Below are positions 34,149 to 42,466 of a stretch of 64,000 nucleotides of DNA, one piece after another. The notes beneath the pieces were generated by a model. The model ran no database searches, was not told the origin of the DNA, and saw only the letters and a program-made list of their open reading frames with translations. The stretch's first letter is position 1. The number at the start of each line of letters is the position of its first letter. The stretch comes from an uncultured Eubacteriales bacterium (GTDB lineage: Bacteria; Bacillota; Clostridia; Oscillospirales; CAG-272): assembly GCA_934467415.1 (NCBI GenBank), contig CAKSLQ010000011.1, positions 22,581-86,580 on the forward strand, in the 5' to 3' direction. The position numbers and the translations under genes are program-made.

Positions 34149-36896
34149 TCACCCTGCGGTTTGGCCAAGGATCCAGGTCACGTCGGCGAGGGTGACATGC
34201 CGTCTGCCGAAATAAGCGTAGCTGTAGGGGAATTTTTCGTCCAGCGCGCAGCGCAGCATGATGAGCGCATCGCGGATATCGACCGCGCCGCTGCCGTCGA
34301 AGTCGCCTGCAAGCACCTCGCCGCGGATGATCCTGCCCGTGTTGTTTGCCTCGTCATAGACCACGCCGGAAAGCGTGCCGGTGATCATATAGTCGGGCAG
34401 CGCGGCGTCTGTCTTGATATCTGCCGTGACAGAGCCGGTGAGATAGTTCGCACCGACAATGCCGATGTAGTCCGTGGCGGTGATCTTCACACCCGCACCG
34501 ACCGTCAGCACCATGTTGCCGCTGTAGGTGCCGATGGGGGCGCCGCCCGCAAAGCGGCGGTTACCGCCCGCAAAGCCGACCCATGTGCCGCCGTTGACCG
34601 AGATGACGGCGTTGCGGCTCGAAGATGCGCTTGCCACCGTGTCATAGGTTGTCGCCGTTGCAGCGACCGCCTCTGCGCGCGTGAAGACATTGTAGCCCGC
34701 ATAGAAGTTCCAGGTGCCCGTCGTTTTTACGCTGTCCGTGATCTCCACATCGTTGTAGCAGGCGATGATATGGGTGCCCGTTTCGGACTTCAGCGTGATG
34801 TTGTCGAGCTTCGTATTGCTGCCGAGCTTGAACGTGTTGCCCGAGATGCTGAGCACCGCGTCCGCCCCCTCGCCGACGATGGTCAGGTGCGAGGGATTCA
34901 TCGAGGAGAAGAAGTTGCCCGCGAGCGTCCAGGTGCCGACCACATGCAGGGCGGCATCCTTATTGTAGGCGAGCTTATCCATCGCGACCGCAAAGTTTGA
35001 GATGGGGTCGGCCGCCGTGCCCGCGCCGTTGATCGAACCGCTGTCCGAGACATAGACGTCGGTCATGCAGAAGCCCGCGACCTTCTTGTCGCCGCCGCCG
35101 AGCATGGCATCGTACAGCTTCCTTGCCATGATGCCGTAGCCGCTTGCGGCGGGATGCAGGTTCTCTTTGCTGTCCGCAAACAGCGCGCCGCTCTTGGCAT
35201 CGGCATAGGTGAGCTGGTAGAGGTCGATGAAGTCGTACTTGCCCGGGTTCTCCGCCGCAAGCTCGCGCGCGATGCGTTCCTGCGTGGGGTGCAGCGCCGA
35301 CGATGCGCGCAGGTCGTTCACGGCATTCGAGGTTTTGCGGTAGATGGCGGTCGTGATATAGACGCATTCGGTGTCCGGTTTGTTGCCGAACAGCGTGCAA
35401 ATATCGCGATAGTTGGCCTCAAACTTTTGCAGCGCACCGTTCGTGCCGCCGATGGTGGCCGCATCGTTCGTGCCCATCGCGATGACGTAGAGCGCCGCGT
35501 CGCACTCCTCGGTGGCCAGCGGGTAGGCCAGCATCTTCATGTAGTCACGCTTGGTGCTGGGGAGGAAGCCGGAGGCGGAAACGCCGTAGTTGGAGACGAT
35601 GATCTCGCGGCCGTCCGTCTCGGCAAGGCCGAGGAACTGCGCGGGATAAGCCTGTGTCAGACGATCCGTGGTCGCCCCCGAGACAGACAGATAGTAGCCC
35701 TCGGTGATGCTGTCACCGATGAACGCGACGCGCAAAGGCTCTGTGTAGGTCTGTGCCGCGCCGTTGACCACGTCAAAGCGCTTTGCCGTAAGGCCGAGTT
35801 CCGCGGGATAGGTCAGCGTCGCTTTCTTATCCGCGCCGGCATACGCCTTGACCTGCGTCGCATCAATGACCGTACCCGCCGCAAAGACGGGCGAACCGGT
35901 GACGGTCACGTCAAAATTGCCGCGCAGCATCTGGGTGTAGCCCGCCTGCGTGTAGTACGCGCTGATGAGCCCGCCGCCAAAGGTACCACCGCTGATGTTG
36001 ATCTGAATATCGCCGTCCGCCGCGTAGTACTTTCTGTCCGACGCGGTCAGGGTGGAAGTCTGCGAAGAGCCCGCCGGCACATTGTCCAGCCTGCCCTGCG
36101 CAAAAATCGGTGCGTTGAACGTGCCGCCCGTGATGTTCAGCGTCGCATCGTCGGCGAGAATGGCTGCACCGGAAATGCTGATATCCCAGTAGTTCTTGTT
36201 GTTCGTGGTGAGGTCATAGTCCCCCGCCTTGCCGAAGGTGCCGCCGTTGATTGTAATGGTGACGGGTGCGGCGATTGAACCGACCGGAACGCCCTTGCCG
36301 GCGCTCTGCGGTGCATTGCGGTAGTTGCCCGCGGAAAACATGTAGAAGTCGCCGCCGTCCACCGTGATGGAATACGGCAGAGTGGTGACAAGGTCGGCAT
36401 TCGCCGTGCCGTCAGACGCCAGCGCGCCGCCCATGAAGTGCAGTCTGCCGCTTGCTCCATTGTTGGTGACGACGCACTTGTCGGTGAAATGCACGCTGTT
36501 GAAGCCGCCGAAGATGAAGACCGGGTAGGTCTTTGTCATCACGATCGGCAAATCAAAGGTGAAGGTGTTGCCATTCGTGTTCTTGCCGAGCTGAAGACGG
36601 CTGCCCTGGAGCAGTCTGCCGCCGTCCGCGGCGGTCAGCGTGAAGTCGCCGCTCTGCTCGGGAATGGTGGTGATGTCACTGATGGTCACATCACCGCAGG
36701 CGACGACCGTACCGCCCTTGCCGCCGAGCGCCGAAACCGCCGCATTCAGCGTGCCGAGCGGGCTTGCCGCGCTCGAGCCGTCACCCGTGCCGCCGTCCCG
36801 CACATAGACGGTCACGCCGTCGGCCGCAAACGCCGCCGCGGTGCAAAGGCAGGCGCAGATCAGCATCGAAAGGATGAACAAAAGAGACTTGCGCAT
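34149..36896 (-). CDS. Secreted multidomain protein 3 of 3 (same architecture)
   Basis: MRKSLLFILSMLICACLCTAAAFA. SGNH blocks: FIGDSITEG, MGTNDA, ENLHPAASGY. Tail: GDFDGSGAVDIRDALIML. Confidence 0.75.
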   Translation of the reverse strand: MRKSLLFILSMLICACLCTAAAFAADGVTVYVRDGGTGDGSSAASPLGTLNAAVSALGGKGGTVVACGDVTISDITTIPEQSGDFTLTAADGGRLLQGSRLQLGKNTNGNTFTFDLPIVMTKTYPVFIFGGFNSVHFTDKCVVTNNGASGRLHFMGGALASDGTANADLVTTLPYSITVDGGDFYMFSAGNYRNAPQSAGKGVPVGSIAAPVTITINGGTFGKAGDYDLTTNNKNYWDISISGAAILADDATLNITGGTFNAPIFAQGRLDNVPAGSSQTSTLTASDRKYYAADGDIQINISGGTFGGGLISAYYTQAGYTQMLRGNFDVTVTGSPVFAAGTVIDATQVKAYAGADKKATLTYPAELGLTAKRFDVVNGAAQTYTEPLRVAFIGDSITEGYYLSVSGATTDRLTQAYPAQFLGLAETDGREIIVSNYGVSASGFLPSTKRDYMKMLAYPLATEECDAALYVIAMGTNDAATIGGTNGALQKFEANYRDICTLFGNKPDTECVYITTAIYRKTSNAVNDLRASSALHPTQERIARELAAENPGKYDFIDLYQLTYADAKSGALFADSKENLHPAASGYGIMARKLYDAMLGGGDKKVAGFCMTDVYVSDSGSINGAGTAADPISNFAVAMDKLAYNKDAALHVVGTWTLAGNFFSSMNPSHLTIVGEGADAVLSISGNTFKLGSNTKLDNITLKSETGTHIIACYNDVEITDSVKTTGTWNFYAGYNVFTRAEAVAATATTYDTVASASSSRNAVISVNGGTWVGFAGGNRRFAGGAPIGTYSGNMVLTVGAGVKITATDYIGIVGANYLTGSVTADIKTDAALPDYMITGTLSGVVYDEANNTGRIIRGEVLAGDFDGSGAVDIRDALIMLRCALDEKFPYSYAYFGRRHVTLADVTWILGQTAG

Positions 36897-37030
36897 CGAA
36901 AATTCCTCCTGTCTGCGGAGGCAAATGCCTCCGATTGTGTACTATAATCAGTTTAGCATAATATTGCACACATAACAAGCTAAAAACACCTGTATTTTCG
37001 GTCAAAATTTCACAGTTTTGAACCTCTTTC

Positions 37031-37070
37031 AAAAAAAGTCCGAAATCCCGGATGGGATTTCGGACTTTTT
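37031..37070. terminator. Terminator after the SLH-BNR gene
   Basis: 17-bp stem AAAAAGTCCGAAATCCC-ggat-GGGATTTCGGACTTTTT. Confidence 0.8.
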
Positions 37071-37071
37071 G

Positions 37072-39570
37072 TCAATCCAATACGATCGACGGCCAAAGCG
37101 AGGTGGAAAATGCGGAGACGCCGGTGAGCGTGTCCGAGATCGAGCCGCTGCCGTCCTGATTGGCCAGCGCCGGGCGCACCTTGAAGCGCGATGCACCGAC
37201 AAGGCCGACGGCCGATTTCGGCACGGCGATCTCGGCGACACAACCCTCGTCGCGGTCGTCGTTGTTCCCCACCGTGCCGAGCACCTTGACCGCCGCTCTT
37301 CCGCCGGTGAGCGTCTGCTGCTTTGCGCCGCCCGCATAGTGGTCAATCGTCATCGCGCCGTCAATGCCTACCGTGATGCGGTAATCCGCCGCCGCGCCCG
37401 CGCCGATGCACACCGTCATCGTGTCGCCGTCCTGCAGGAAGTCGTCCGAGCGGGAGAGGAGGAAGTAGACGTTCTCATCGTCGTGCGCGGCGCGCAGCGT
37501 CATCTGCGCCTGCGACTCGCTGCCGACAAAGAGCGCGTCGGTATTTTCGATGTCGTCCCAGTCGTTCGTGTAACCGTCCACCGTGACCTTGACCTTCGGC
37601 GCGTTGATGCGGTGGTTGAGATATTCGCGCACCAGCATCAGCCCGGAGTTGCCGTCCGCCGTCTTATGCTGGTTGGCCGCGATCACGGCATGGCTGCCGA
37701 CCGGGCTGACCGAGCCCCAGACGCCGACCGCCTCCATCGTCTGAAAATCCTTGTTTGCAAACGCGGTGCCGTCCGGCTTGCCTAGCCTGCCGCAGAGCCG
37801 CGCGCCCTTGTTGTACACCATGTAGGTCTCGCCGGACGCAAAGCGCGTGACATAGGGCGAGCCGACCGCGTAGACCGTTTCGCTCAGCGTCTCGGGGCCG
37901 ACCTCCTCGAGGTCGAGCGCGCGCCAGACGCCGTTTTCCCCGCTCGTGGCATACGAGCCCCAGAATTTCAGATTCAGATCCTGAATTTCATAGACGAGCA
38001 GCGTTTTACCGTTGTACAACTCCACCGGGACGGGCATCTGCCCGCCGAAATAGGGGCGCGAAACGCCGTCGGGGCCGACCTTGTTGCCGAGCGCGGTCTG
38101 CACGACGGTTGTCGCACGGTAATGATTCGTGTCGCCCGCCTGAATGTTCGGCGTCCAGCTGTAGCCGTTGTCCTTCGAAACAAGCAGACCGATGCCCGCC
38201 GAACGCTTCTCGGTGTCAAAACCGTAGAGGTCGATATAGGGTGCGATCTGCGTGAAATACACCTCCACCGTGCCGTCCGCGCGCTGCTGAATGCCCGGCT
38301 CCCAGACCTGCCCGGTGTAGATTTTCGTCGGCTGCGACCACTCGATGTCGCCGTCGTCCGTCACCCTGCCGCGCAAGAGGAACAGCCCGCACAGATCGGC
38401 ATACATGCGGTAGCCGCCGGGCGCACGCTCGGCAAAGACGCAGAGAATCTCGCCGTTTTGCAGCACGACGGCATCCGGGTTGACCGCCGCATAGTTCTCG
38501 GTCTTGCCGACAAGCGAGGTGTCGCCGTTCTTCGCGGGCTCGGTATAGGTGAACATGTGATCCTGCCCTCTGTAGAGCACCTGCGGCTCGTTCCACCTGA
38601 CGCCGTCGCGGCTGGTGGCGTAGTACATATGCAGCCCAAACTCACCGTAGTGGTAGAGGAGCAGATAGAGGTCGTCGCGCACCTGCTTCACGCGCGGGTA
38701 CCATGCGTTTTCATAGCGGTAATAGCCGGTCTTCGCCGCCGTCAGCTCCACTTTGGTGCGGAAGTCCGCCTCCACCGACGCCGTGTTGTAATCGTCATCC
38801 GCATGGTCGCCGTCCGTCCCCTTGGTATTCAGCTGTGCAATGGGGGTGATGACCGTCTTCAGCTCCTTCGGATCGGTATCCGGCTGTATCGGTGCGCCGC
38901 CCCCGTTCATCGCCTTGTCATAGGCCTCCTTCGTGAAGACGCCCTTGGCAATCAGCTGATCCGCAATGCTGTCCCCGCTCTTCACCGCCGCCGTCAGCGC
39001 ACGATAGCAGAGGACGAACGCACCGCCGCGGTTGAAGCCGTTCGATTTTGCATCGCAAAGGCCGACCGACTTTGCCAGCGTGTAGGGGTCGTTCCACTTG
39101 AAGTCACCCGCGCCGTCGTCGTAGCCGAGCACGCGCAGCAGGATCGTGAGGAACGCCGCCTCCGACACCTCGGTGTCGGGGTCAAACTTCGTCTCGCTCA
39201 CGCCCTTGGTGATGCCGTTTGCATAGACGTAGCCGATATAGGGGTTTGCCCATGCGGGTACATCGGTGAACGGATGCTTCTGCACGTTCGCCGTCGCGTC
39301 CTTCTCCGCGCCGACAAAGCGCACCACGAGGACGAACGCCTGCGCGCGCGTCAGCTTGTCGCCGAGCGCAAAATTCACGCTGCCGTCCGCGTTATTCCCG
39401 TAGCCGCCGACCAGCCCGAGCGCATGGAGCGCCTCGGCCGCGCCGCCCGCCGTCGGAACCGCGTTTGTCGTCACGGGCGCGGGCGAAATCAGCAGGCCGT
39501 CCGCCGCGTATGCGGGCAACGCGCTGCACAGCGCCGCCAGAGCGAGCAGACATGCAAGCCATTTTTTCAT
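37072..39570 (-). CDS. Cell-surface protein: N-terminal SLH domains, BNR/Asp-box beta-propeller (sialidase-like or GH93-like), C-terminal CBM9-like domain
   Basis: Trimmed to MKKWLACLLALAALCSALPAYA. SLH-type FTDVPAWANPYIGYVYANGITKG. Asp-boxes SRDGVRW and SKDNGYSW. The C-terminal VDGYTNDWDDIENTDALF...AHDDENVYFLL resembles CBM9. Confidence 0.65.
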   Translation of the reverse strand: MKKWLACLLALAALCSALPAYAADGLLISPAPVTTNAVPTAGGAAEALHALGLVGGYGNNADGSVNFALGDKLTRAQAFVLVVRFVGAEKDATANVQKHPFTDVPAWANPYIGYVYANGITKGVSETKFDPDTEVSEAAFLTILLRVLGYDDGAGDFKWNDPYTLAKSVGLCDAKSNGFNRGGAFVLCYRALTAAVKSGDSIADQLIAKGVFTKEAYDKAMNGGGAPIQPDTDPKELKTVITPIAQLNTKGTDGDHADDDYNTASVEADFRTKVELTAAKTGYYRYENAWYPRVKQVRDDLYLLLYHYGEFGLHMYYATSRDGVRWNEPQVLYRGQDHMFTYTEPAKNGDTSLVGKTENYAAVNPDAVVLQNGEILCVFAERAPGGYRMYADLCGLFLLRGRVTDDGDIEWSQPTKIYTGQVWEPGIQQRADGTVEVYFTQIAPYIDLYGFDTEKRSAGIGLLVSKDNGYSWTPNIQAGDTNHYRATTVVQTALGNKVGPDGVSRPYFGGQMPVPVELYNGKTLLVYEIQDLNLKFWGSYATSGENGVWRALDLEEVGPETLSETVYAVGSPYVTRFASGETYMVYNKGARLCGRLGKPDGTAFANKDFQTMEAVGVWGSVSPVGSHAVIAANQHKTADGNSGLMLVREYLNHRINAPKVKVTVDGYTNDWDDIENTDALFVGSESQAQMTLRAAHDDENVYFLLSRSDDFLQDGDTMTVCIGAGAAADYRITVGIDGAMTIDHYAGGAKQQTLTGGRAAVKVLGTVGNNDDRDEGCVAEIAVPKSAVGLVGASRFKVRPALANQDGSGSISDTLTGVSAFSTSLWPSIVLD

Positions 39571-39709
39571 AGGTTGTCTTCCTTTCTCTCCGCAAAGCAC
39601 ATATAAAATCGTGTAACTTTATTATACAATATCACACAACTGATTTCCACAGGCAATCCCACGCTCGGTGATATTGTCAAGTTTTTCGGTGAAAAATGCA
39701 AACAGCACG

Positions 39710-39746
39710 AAAAAAGACTGCAAAAAGGAAGTCCTTTTTACAGTCT
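39710..39746 (-). terminator. Terminator of the DUF3798 ABC operon
   Basis: 14-bp stem AGACTGCAAAAAGG / CCTTTTTACAGTCT (1 mismatch) plus a T-run on the reverse strand. Confidence 0.65.
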
Positions 39747-39758
39747 CTTTTGTGGTCT

Positions 39759-40217
39759 TCAGAATTCGCCGAGGCCCATATCGTCGGTGGTCTCCTCCGG
39801 CTCGGTCTCGGTGACCGGCGCGGGGATGAACTCCGAAATATACGCCTCCTCGGGCAGTCCGGCAAGATAACCGGGCAGGTTGACGATGACGCCGTCGATG
39901 CCCATCGGCAGCTTCAGGTCGCAGACCACCGTCTTCGGCTCGTCGCCCTTGTTTTCGATGATCTCGAGCGTCATTTTGTAGTCGCTGCCCATCTTTTCAT
40001 CGCTGCCGCGTTCGCGCGCGGCGAGCTTGGAGAGCTTTTCGCCCTTTTCGTTGTACACCGTCACGCGGTAGAAGGCCTTGTAGGTCTCGCCCTCGTACTC
40101 CAGCGTCTTGTTGTCAAAATAGATCGAGTGGCCGCGGCCGATGAAGAACATCGCCACGCCGAGCGCGATCAGCGCGAGAACGGCAATGATGCGGATGATG
40201 ATTCTGCGTGTCTTCAT
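39759..40217 (-). CDS. Small membrane-anchored protein of unknown function, last gene of the ABC operon
   Basis: 152 aa. One N-terminal TM helix (IIIRIIAVLALIALGVAMFFIG) and an acidic C-terminus. Its ATG overlaps the permease stop (ATGA). Confidence 0.5.
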   Translation of the reverse strand: MKTRRIIIRIIAVLALIALGVAMFFIGRGHSIYFDNKTLEYEGETYKAFYRVTVYNEKGEKLSKLAARERGSDEKMGSDYKMTLEIIENKGDEPKTVVCDLKLPMGIDGVIVNLPGYLAGLPEEAYISEFIPAPVTETEPEETTDDMGLGEF

Positions 40218-41368
40218 TTTGCCGCCTCCGCTTCTTCCCGCTTCTGATCCGCCATCAGCTGTACGCCGAGGAGGCTCTTGCTTCTGCGTTTCTTGGTCTC
40301 ATACATCACGAGCGCGACCGTGATGACCGCGTAGGAAACAAACACGCGGAAGTATTCGCCGATCATCGAGTCCCCCGTGAACTTCGTACCCGCGCTGGGC
40401 GCGACGATGAACATGGTGTGGAACAGGATGACGCCGAGGAACACGTTGCCGATGTTCGCCTTTTCAACCGACGCACCGCCGACAAGCAGCGCCGCGATGC
40501 AGAACATACCGATCTGCGAGTGCGCCGAATAGGTCGGCAGGTTGCCGATGTTTTGCAGATAGATCAGCATGCCGAAATCCGCAAAAACCGTGGAGATGAC
40601 GATGGACAGAATGCGCGTGCGCTCCACGTTGATACCCGCGGCGCGCGCGACCTCCATATCCTGACCGACGGCGCGCATATCCTGCCCGAGCTTGGTCCTG
40701 CGGAACCAGACGATGAACAGGCAGGCAAGCGCGATGATAATCAGCGTCAGCACCGGGATCTTGACGCCGCCGACATTGACGGCGAGCAGATTGTCCACCT
40801 TCTGCCGCATGGACAGAAGATCGACCGTGTTGCGAATGCCGTAGCCGCGCGGCAGCAGGATGGAATTGTGAAGAATCGGGATAATCGGCCCCATCATATA
40901 GAGCACGACAAACTGATAGATACCGTTGATGAAGAATGCCAGCATGTAGCTTGCAATCATTTCTCTGCCGCGTGCCGCATTGAGCACCTTGCCGCAGACC
41001 ACGCCGAGCAGGATCGCAATCGGAATCGAGATGATGGCGGCCAGGACGAGACCGGGAATGCCCCAGATCTGCCAGTCGGCCACCAGAATCAGCGCAATTT
41101 CGCCTGCCATGGCGCCGAGGGTCATACCGAAGTTCAGCCCCATGCCCGCCATGATCGGGATCAGCAGGCTGAGGATGAGGAATGCGTTGCGCCCGAGGCG
41201 CGTGGTGATCTCGTTGAGCAGGTACGCCGGGGAAAAGCCCGAAACCGGGATGCAGACCGCACAGATGAGGATGAACATGAGCGGCACGGAGTTGTTGCCG
41301 AGGAAACGCAGGAAGCTGTTTCCGCCCGCGGACTTGCGGGATGCGGAAGTCTTGGTTTTTGCGCTCAT
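40214..41368 (-). CDS. ABC transporter permease (BMP/nucleoside-sugar type)
   Basis: 384 aa polytopic protein. It overlaps the upstream permease by 4 nt. Confidence 0.75.
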   Translation of the reverse strand: MSAKTKTSASRKSAGGNSFLRFLGNNSVPLMFILICAVCIPVSGFSPAYLLNEITTRLGRNAFLILSLLIPIMAGMGLNFGMTLGAMAGEIALILVADWQIWGIPGLVLAAIISIPIAILLGVVCGKVLNAARGREMIASYMLAFFINGIYQFVVLYMMGPIIPILHNSILLPRGYGIRNTVDLLSMRQKVDNLLAVNVGGVKIPVLTLIIIALACLFIVWFRRTKLGQDMRAVGQDMEVARAAGINVERTRILSIVISTVFADFGMLIYLQNIGNLPTYSAHSQIGMFCIAALLVGGASVEKANIGNVFLGVILFHTMFIVAPSAGTKFTGDSMIGEYFRVFVSYAVITVALVMYETKKRRSKSLLGVQLMADQKREEAEAAK

Positions 41369-42456
41369 TTCTTTTTACCCCCTTCCGTCTTGCGCGTCAG
41401 CGCGTACAGGATCATACCGTTGGAAACGACCTGACGGATGACCTCGCTCATATCCATATGGAACAGCGAGTTCATGATCGTCGGCGTCATGGTGACGATG
41501 CCCTGATACAGGAACGTACCGATGATAACGTTGCCGATGGACGCCTTGTTGACCGATGCGCCGCCGATCAGGATCGCCGCAACGGCCGGGAACGCCATGT
41601 TCAGCGCACCGTTATAGAGCTGGACGAAGCCGAAGCCCTGCTGGTATACAATGATACCGACCGCGCCGAGCCAGGTGGACAGCACGACCGAAAGCAGGCG
41701 CGTGCGGTCGATGTTGATGCCCGCCGCGCGTGCAAACGCGGGATTGGAGCCGACGGCGGTCATCGCCGTGCCGGTCTTGGTGTGCAAAAACGCCCACATG
41801 AAGAGCGCCAGCACCGCGAAGAAAATCAGCGTGCCGAGCGGCAGCTTGAACGGGATGCCGATCTTGGTGAGGTCGATTGCGTCGGCCAGCACCTTGTCGT
41901 AGAAGCCTTCGAGCGAAATGACCGTGCGCAGACCCTTGCCCGCAAAGCCCCAGACCATCTTTGCGCTGTGATACGGCAGCAGCAGCCACATCATGCACAT
42001 AAAGGAGACCGAGGAGAAGCCGACGTAGGTCGCGATCATCATTTCGCCGCCCTTGATCTTGTTGAGCAGCGCACCGTAGCCCGCACCGAAAGCCAGTGCA
42101 AACGGCGTGGCGATGAGGATCGCCATCGCAAAGCTCGCAGCGCCGGAGAACCCGAGCTCGATGGACAACGTTGCGCCGAGCAGACCGGCGACGATGCCGA
42201 GCGGCAGGCCGAAGTTGAGGCCGCAGCCCGAGTGAATCATCGGCACCATGGCCAGAACCATGATCGCGTTCCAGCTGAAGCGATTGATGACGTTCAGCAC
42301 CTGCGTGCCGAAATTGACGTTGGCGGCCGGTGCGAGCGCAAAGAGCAGCGCAAGGAAGCACGTGATGATCAGGCGCGGCATTCCGAAGCTGTCGATCAGT
42401 TGCCTGAGTTTGCCCGTCCCGGACGGCGGATTCAGTTGTTTTGTATCGTTATTCAT
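41365..42456 (-). CDS. ABC transporter permease (BMP/nucleoside-sugar type)
   Basis: 363 aa polytopic protein. Confidence 0.75.
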   Translation of the reverse strand: MNNDTKQLNPPSGTGKLRQLIDSFGMPRLIITCFLALLFALAPAANVNFGTQVLNVINRFSWNAIMVLAMVPMIHSGCGLNFGLPLGIVAGLLGATLSIELGFSGAASFAMAILIATPFALAFGAGYGALLNKIKGGEMMIATYVGFSSVSFMCMMWLLLPYHSAKMVWGFAGKGLRTVISLEGFYDKVLADAIDLTKIGIPFKLPLGTLIFFAVLALFMWAFLHTKTGTAMTAVGSNPAFARAAGINIDRTRLLSVVLSTWLGAVGIIVYQQGFGFVQLYNGALNMAFPAVAAILIGGASVNKASIGNVIIGTFLYQGIVTMTPTIMNSLFHMDMSEVIRQVVSNGMILYALTRKTEGGKKK

Positions 42457-42466
42457 GCCGTCCTCC

